Source: the human T2T-CHM13v2.0 reference genome, Homo sapiens. From it: DNA of 64,000 nt. Position numbers and translations under genes: made by a program. Below the pieces are notes generated by a model that had not been told where the DNA came from, ran no database searches, and was given only the letters and a program-made list of their open reading frames with translations. Of this stretch, positions 57,309 to 64,000 are shown piece by piece. Positions within the stretch are counted from its first letter, which is position 1. Each line of letters starts with the position of its first letter. Where the stretch lies: NCBI RefSeq assembly GCF_009914755.1, contig NC_060947.1, one strand, 5' to 3'.

Positions 57309-60300
57309 TTTGGTGTCAGAAAAGTAGAATTTGTTAATTGCCCTGGCTTATGGAAAGAAGTGGTTTGAGAAGAGAAAGGATGAAAAGGTGGGAGATGAGA
57401 AAGCTTCGGTCCCTGGATTGCTACTTAGTCACCCATGGTATGAAACTACAGCTGTGCTGCCATTAGATACCAAAGGTAAATGTTACCAGTGGAATTTAGA
57501 AATGGTGGTATACCAAGCTCCTAAGGAGCTGGTTCATTGGATACAAAAGAAAATGCAAAATGAGAAGCCTGCTAAATATATGATCCCTTGGTTATAGACA
57601 TCTGTAATAAGTAAAAGGGAAAAAACGTGCTAGGTTAGACCTTGATGCTAGATTAAGCTCATTTTGGACAGGTTGGAGATTTAGTACTAGCCTCAAAGCC
57701 ACACTCAAAGGTAAAAATCATGCCAGGAAAACAGAGTGTATCTTTAAAGCTCTGATCACCAAGAAGCCAGTGAATATTGGGAGAGCACAAAAACTAAGAA
57801 ACTACTGAAGCCAGGGGGTATAGTGTGAAGGAGTTGTCTCATTTTATAGACTGGTATCCTCAGCTCCCTGAAGAGTCTTTACTAAAAATGGATTGTGAGA
57901 GTGACTAATTTGGGGGCATTATCTTTGGCTTTGTATGCTGCAGAATAGAAAAGCATGTCTGGTATAATACAGGACCTGTAGCTCACTGTGAAAAAACAAC
58001 CACAGATGGCTGTACATGATGAATAAAATGGTCATTGATGGGGTTAAAAGAAAGGTTTTAATATGAACCACCAAAGGTTGGGCAGGCCAAAGGGATCTCC
58101 TAGTGGTCCCCCAACATTAAAGGCTTACAAAGAAGTTCGCTCTATTTAGCCTAGTTTGAAGAAATGTTTAAAAGTCAGAGAGCACAGATTACAATAAGAA
58201 ACCTGATCAGCTATTGCTTGGGCAGTGGTTAGGCAGATTAACCATGATAAGGACTGCAAAAGAGTCAGGTCTCTTGGCTTAATCCCGTGCTGGGGACCCA
58301 AAGCCATTGCATAAGAGTGAGTAAAATGGTCGTGGGGTGAAGAAGTTCATGGGACAACTTAATACCAGGAATCCTGTGCACTATGGTACCAGTGGTGAAG
58401 CACTGATGCAGGCTACAATTTTTATTTTATTTCAATAGTTGTTGGGAACAGGTGGTTTTGGGTTACATGGACAAGTTCTTCCGTGGTTATTTCTGAGATT
58501 TTGATGTACCCATCACCTGAGCAGTATATGCTGTCCCCAGTGTGTAGTGTTTTATCCCTTACCCTGCTCCCACCCTTCCCCTTTGAGTACCTAGAGTTCA
58601 TTATATTATTCTTATGCCTTTGCATCCTCATAGCTTAGCTCCCACTTATAAGTGAGAACATACAATATTTGGTTTTCCAATTCTGAGTTACTTCACTTAG
58701 AATAATGGTCTCCAACTCCATCGGGTTGCTGCAAATATTATTGTTTCATTTTTTTTATGGCTGAGTACTATTCCATTATGTATATATATCACATTATTTT
58801 CATCCATTCATTGATTGATGGACATTTAGATTGGTTTTATGTTTTGGCAATTGTGAGTTGTGCTGCTATAAACATGTGTGTCCAAGTGTCTTTTTAACAT
58901 AATGACTTCTTTTCCTTTGGGTAGATACCCAGTAGTAAGGTTGCTGGATAGAATGGTAGTTCTACTTTTACGTATTTAAAGAGTCTCCTTATTGTTTTCC
59001 GTAGTGGTTGTACTAGTTTACATTTCCAGCAGTGGTGTAAAAGTGTTCCCTTTTCACCACATTCATGCCAACATCTATTTTTTTTTATTTTTTAATTATG
59101 GCCATTCCTGTAGGAGTAAGGTGATATCTCATTGTGGTTTTAATTTACATTTCCCTGATCATTAGTGATGTCGAACATTTTTTCATGTTTATTGGCCATT
59201 TGTATATATCCTTTTGAAAATTGTCTATTTATGTCTTTTGTCCACTTTTTGACGGGATTATTCGTTTTTTTTTTCTTGCTGATTTGTTTGAGTTCTTTGT
59301 AGATTCTGGATGTTAGTCCTTTGTTGGATGCATAGTTTGCAGATAGTTTCTCCCACTCTGCGGGTTGTCTGTTTACTCTGCTGATTATTTCTTTTGCTGT
59401 GAAGAAGCTTTTTAGTTTAACTAGGTCCTATTTATTTATTTTTGTTTTTGTTGCATTTGATTTTGGGTTCTTGGTCATGAACTCTTTGCCTGAGAAAATG
59501 TCTGGGAGACTTTTTCTGATGTTATCTTCTAGAATTTTTGTGGTTTCAGGTCTTCAATTTAAGTCTTTGATCCATCTTGAGTTGATTTTTCTATAAGGTG
59601 AGAGATGAAGATATAGTTTCATTCTTCTACATGTGGCTTGGCAATTATCCTGGCATCATTTGTTGAATAGAGTGTTCTTTCCCCACTTTACATTTTTGTA
59701 TGCTTTGTTGGCTGTAAGTATTTGGCTTTATTTCTGGGTTTTCTATTCTGTTCCATTGGTTTACATGAATATTTTTATACCAGTACCATGCTATTTTGGT
59801 AACTATAGCCTTGTAGTATAGTTTGAATTTGGGTAATGTGAAGCCTCCAGATTTGTTCTTTTTGCTTAGTATTGCTTTGGCTATGTGGGCTTTTATTTGG
59901 TTCCATATGAATTGTAGGATGTTTTTTCTTGTTCTGTGAAGCATGATGATGGTATTTTGATGAGAATTGTGTTAAATTTGTAGATTGCTTTTGTGGCAGT
60001 ATGGTCATTTTCACAATATTGATTCTACCCATCCAAGAGCACAGGATGTGTTTTCATTTGTTTGTTCTATCTATGCTTTCTTTCAGCAGTGTTTTGTAGT
60101 TTTCCTTGTAGAGATCTTTCACCTCTTTGGTTAAGTATACTCCTAAGTATTTTATTTGTTTGCACAGGCTACAATTAAGTTGAGTTAATATAAAAATGTA
60201 AGGGGTGATAGGATTATGAAAGTTGGAATGCACAAATAGGCTTTATGTAAAGAAGTGTATGTCCTTTACCTAAACGTTTTATAGTAATGGATATTATGCC

Positions 60301-61780
60301 TGGCTTGAAACATTTCCCCCACCTAATATTGTAAAACCAAAACCTTCTAATGAAGTACTAATGAAGGCTACAGTTAAGAATGTAAGAGTTGATAAAATGA
60401 ATGTGAAAGCTTGTAGGATAATTGGTATGTTTTAATTGGCTTTACATGAAGTAGTTCCATCTATTTTACCTAATTGTATTATGAGGATGGACTTGGGAGT
60501 GTTTCCCCTACATAGTATTGCAAAACAGAACATATGTAAATCTTCCCTTGAGGCAATGTTAATTAGACATACTAAATGGGAACCTGTAAGATTGCCAAGC
60601 CCACAGAATGTAGAATAGAAGCTGGAGTGCTGGTAGGGACAAATTCACTGTGTGACAGCCCCATGTGAAGTGTAGGCTGAGGCTTATGGCAAAAGCCTGA
60701 GAGTACCTCCCAACATTGACTACTGGGTCTTTGGGCTAAAAAAATTCCACTAGATGGGTAATTCTTAGCTTTCTATTGGATGTTAATTGAAACTGCCACT
60801 ATGACTAAAGGACATAAAATAATCTTAAAACCTGAAATCCTCATGGTGTCTTGGGTGATGTCACTCTAATAAGAATGGCAGTGCCCAGAAGAGGTCCATA
60901 AGAAAATCGAAATGTTTTATACAGGATTATGCTACCTAAGGAATGTGAGAGGAGATACTCAAGAGCAGAGAGCCTCTTTTCCTCCAGGACTGACTCTCGA
61001 ACTGTGTGAGGAACTACTAGATTATATCATCATTTACGCAGTGCCCTATAAACAGCTCTCAGTTGATCAACAAACAGCTGCTTGGTTTGTGGAGAGCAAT
61101 TTTAAGGTGATCAGACAAAAATCCTTTTTAGAAGGCTGCTGTAATCAAAGAAAGTAAAAAAATATTTAGGTCAGTGGGCTGAATTACATGCTGTTTTTCT
61201 AGCAGTGATAAAAGAATTGAAAAGTGGTAAAAAGCCCCTTTGTTTGGGTTTTTACTAATTCATAGGCAGTGTCCAACAGCGTGGCCATATGGTCAGGCGT
61301 AAGGATAATGCAAATCTGGCCAGTTTACTAAAGAGATACCCACAAGGGACACAGCTCTATGGACACCTGAAGGATGCATTAAAGCAGAACATGTCGACAC
61401 CCATCAGAACTCCTTTCCATGTTCATAAGGTGATTACAATCAACAAGCAAACTTCCTAAGTAATTGCTTAACATGGCCACCTAGGTCCATGAAAGTAGTG
61501 GACACGGGATACTACAGCAATGCAGAAATGGACTGAATCTAGGCATGCTCCTCTTGCACCTTCTGAGGCACAAAGTACCAACAAGAACTATTCTGTCTCC
61601 CTGCAACAGAGACAGAAACTGCGGATGGCTATCTGGCAGATTCTCTTGAGGGAAGGTCCTGAACATAACTGTCAAATGATATGAATGCTGGTATCCCTGG
61701 AGGGGGGCTACAAATGAGACTTGACAGGAATAGACACTGGGTGGTTGGCTTTGTCCTCATTGACTTGGAACCCAGAAATA
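57309..61780 (+). mobile_element. MER21 internal (ERVL-like) region with degenerate gag/pro/RNase H/integrase remnants, interrupted by an L1PB
   Basis: PBS resembling tRNA-Leu. RNase H-like QWAELHAVFLAV at 61172 and WVFTNS*AVSN. Integrase-like VHESSGHG and GYK*DLTGIDT. Confidence 0.75.
58421..60164 (-). mobile_element. 5'-truncated L1PB1-type element
   Basis: Antisense 3'UTR and ORF2 end. TSD caggctacaatt (58409-58420, 60165-60176). Confidence 0.92.
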
Positions 61781-61784
61781 ACCA

Positions 61785-61918
61785 AGTCATGGTTATTTAT
61801 CATGTCTACATGATAAAGTCTCCATAAAAATCCCTAAAGTATGGGGTTTGGAGAGCTTCTAGGTTGGCAAACACATCCACACACTGGGAGGGCGGCTCAT
61901 TCCACTTCCACAGGGACA
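61785..61918 (+). mobile_element. MER21 LTR fragment (probable 3' LTR remnant)
   Basis: Matches 56750-56865 (ctccataaaaa...gggtttggagagcttctaggttgg...aacacatcca). Confidence 0.75.
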
Positions 61919-61919
61919 T

Positions 61920-62475
61920 GCATTTATCATCTCACCTGAAAATTTGATTTCTAGATATTTGCCCAGAGAAATAAAAATGTATATGCTCACAAAGACTTGT
62001 TGACAAATATTTATAGAAGTATTATCTATGATAGCTAAAAGCTAGACTTAATTCAAATGTTCATCACTGGGTGAATGGCTAAATTACTATATCCATAAAA
62101 TGGTATACAACTCATACATTTAAAAAACCGAGATACTAATACACATGACAACCTGTATGAATAGAAAAACATTATGCTGAATAAAAAAGCTATATATAAG
62201 ATACTACTTACTTTGTAATTTTACTTATAAGAACTTCGAAAGCAGGCAAAACCAATACATAGTGATGAAAGGCAGATAAGTGGCTGTCTTTGGTTGAGCG
62301 TGTTGGGGAGGAGTGTGAGTGATACTTGTGGTGATAGGAATGTTTTGTATTTTAATTGTGATGGTGATTACATGGGTGTTATTTTTTGAAATTCCTTGAA
62401 CTGTATACTTAAAATAGGCGTATTTACTTTTTGTATATTATTCCTTAATAAATTTTATTTAAAAAGTTAAAAAAA
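61920..62475 (+). mobile_element. L1ME-type 3' end
   Basis: cccagagaaataaaaatgtat...gcaggcaaaaccaat...gaactgtatacttaaaatagg. Confidence 0.7.
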
Positions 62476-62659
62476 TCATTATGACAAAGCTATAAATAAA
62501 TGAAAATAAAAACAAAACAAAACAAAACAAAGAAAAGCCAGATGTAGTACTTAGCCATGGAGACTAATGATAATTTTATATATCATAAACTATGACAGTT
62601 ACTATGTATAAAAACTGCTGTTAGCAAGCATCATCAATAAGACTGTAAAACAAGAAGAC

Positions 62660-63360
62660 TGCTTTACCCTGGAGCTTTAAAGAAGACTTTGTCAGGAAGT
62701 GACATTTGTGACAAGATATGAATGATGAGCAGAGATTAACTATGTAAAGGGGGAATGATGAAGGGCAGGGGAAGAATATTCCCAACTGCAAGAAGAGCAC
62801 GTGCTCTGTCGTGGTGGAAAGTGAAGTCAGCCCTGACTGGGGAACAAAAAAACTGGCTGGAATTTGGTTGAGATAAAGGTGAAGATGTAGCCAATAACTA
62901 GACCATGTAGAGCTTTATAGGATTTTAGTCTACTATCCTAAGGCTACTGAAGGATTTTAAGTTGGAAATGTTTATGTGTACCATGATCAGATTTGCATTT
63001 TTAAAATATTGTTCTGGCTTCTGGGTAGAGATTGACGAAATGGGGTTTTGGAGAATGGAAGCTGGGAAAATATTTATGTGTCTATTGCTATAATTCTGTA
63101 AGGAAATGCTGGACAGATAACAAGCTGTTGTGGTAGAAGTGGTGATGGAGAAAAGTGGACAAGTCTCAGAAATATTTGGGATCATAAAATCTGGTGTTAT
63201 TTGAATAAAAAGGGGAAGGAGAGTATGCTGATGAGGTTACTTCCTACGTTTTCCTCTTGTGGAACAGGACACATAATGATGCCATTCATTGAGATAAGAA
63301 ACACTGGGAAAAGATGCAATTTGGTGGAAGAAAAGTCATGAGTTTAGTTTTTGGTATATT
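62660..63360 (-). mobile_element. L2 fragment
   Basis: Antisense L2 motifs (atgatcagatttgcattttt; atgatgccattcattgagata; catgagtttagtttttgg). Confidence 0.7.
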
Positions 63361-63364
63361 ATGG

Positions 63365-63797
63365 TATATTTTTTCGCCCATTTGTGCTGCCATAACAAAG
63401 TACCCAAACCAGAATGACTTGTAAACAACAAAAGTTTATTCCTCACAGTTCTGGAGGCTAGGAAGTCCAAGATCAAGGCATTTTCAGAGTCGATGACTGG
63501 TGAGGGCCAGTTTCCTGGTTCATGCATGGTGTCTTCTTGCTGTATCTTCAGATAGTGGGAGGGGCATTTCCCAAAGGCCCTGCCTCTTAATACCATCACA
63601 TGAGTAATTAGTTTCCACATATGAATTTTGGGGAGAAACAAACATTCAGACCATAGCATTTCACCCCTTGCCCCCTCAAAATTCATATTTTATCACATGC
63701 AAAACACATTCATCCCATCCCAATAGTGCCCAAAATCTTAACTCATTTCAGCCTCAACTTTAACATCTAAGCCTAAAGTCTCATCTAAATATCACCT
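63365..63797 (-). mobile_element. MLT1A/MST-type LTR (63365-63658) with adjoining internal sequence
   Basis: cacagttctggaggctaggaagtccaagatcaagg...cagaccatagca, then MaLR-int text (aaagtctcatctaa). Confidence 0.8.
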
Positions 63798-63800
63798 GTA

Positions 63801-64000
63801 AGGATGGTTAATGGGTACAAAAAAAAATAGAAAGAATGAATAAGACCTAGTATTTGATAGCAGAACAGGGCAATGGTTGTCAATAATAATTTACTTATAC
63901 ATTTTAAAGTAACTAAAATAGTATAATTAGATTGTTAGTAACACAAAGGATAAATGCCTGAGGAGTTGGATACCCCATCTTTTATGATGTGATTATTGCA
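63801..64000 (+). mobile_element. L1MA1/2-type 3'UTR fragment, running off the window end
   Basis: ggatggttaatgggtac...aatgaataagacctagtatttgatagc..., similar to 25905-26110. Confidence 0.8.

Overview
This is AT-rich primate genomic DNA, probably human or great ape given the LTR7, AluY and L1PA3-type elements. It is almost entirely nested interspersed repeats: LINE-1s of many ages, Alus, MaLR/ERV LTRs, L2 and MIR. I found no cellular protein-coding gene, RNA gene or CRISPR array, and the long ORFs are remnants of L1 ORF1/ORF2 or MaLR. Subfamily names come from remembered consensus sequences, not a RepeatMasker run, so they are approximate. Three observations stand out. (1) A TSD-flanked L1PA3-type element (50762-56314) whose 5'UTR is spliced, i.e. 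a SpIRE97/622-type retrocopy. (2) Several ancient templated-insertion or template-switch scars. The clearest is a 212-bp inverted copy of the neighbouring THE1 provirus inserted into an L1PB element and wrapped in snap-back micro-palindromes. (3) A solo HERV-H LTR7 with intact promoter motifs. I do not see evidence for a new gene system. The novelty here is in the mutational history recorded in the repeats.
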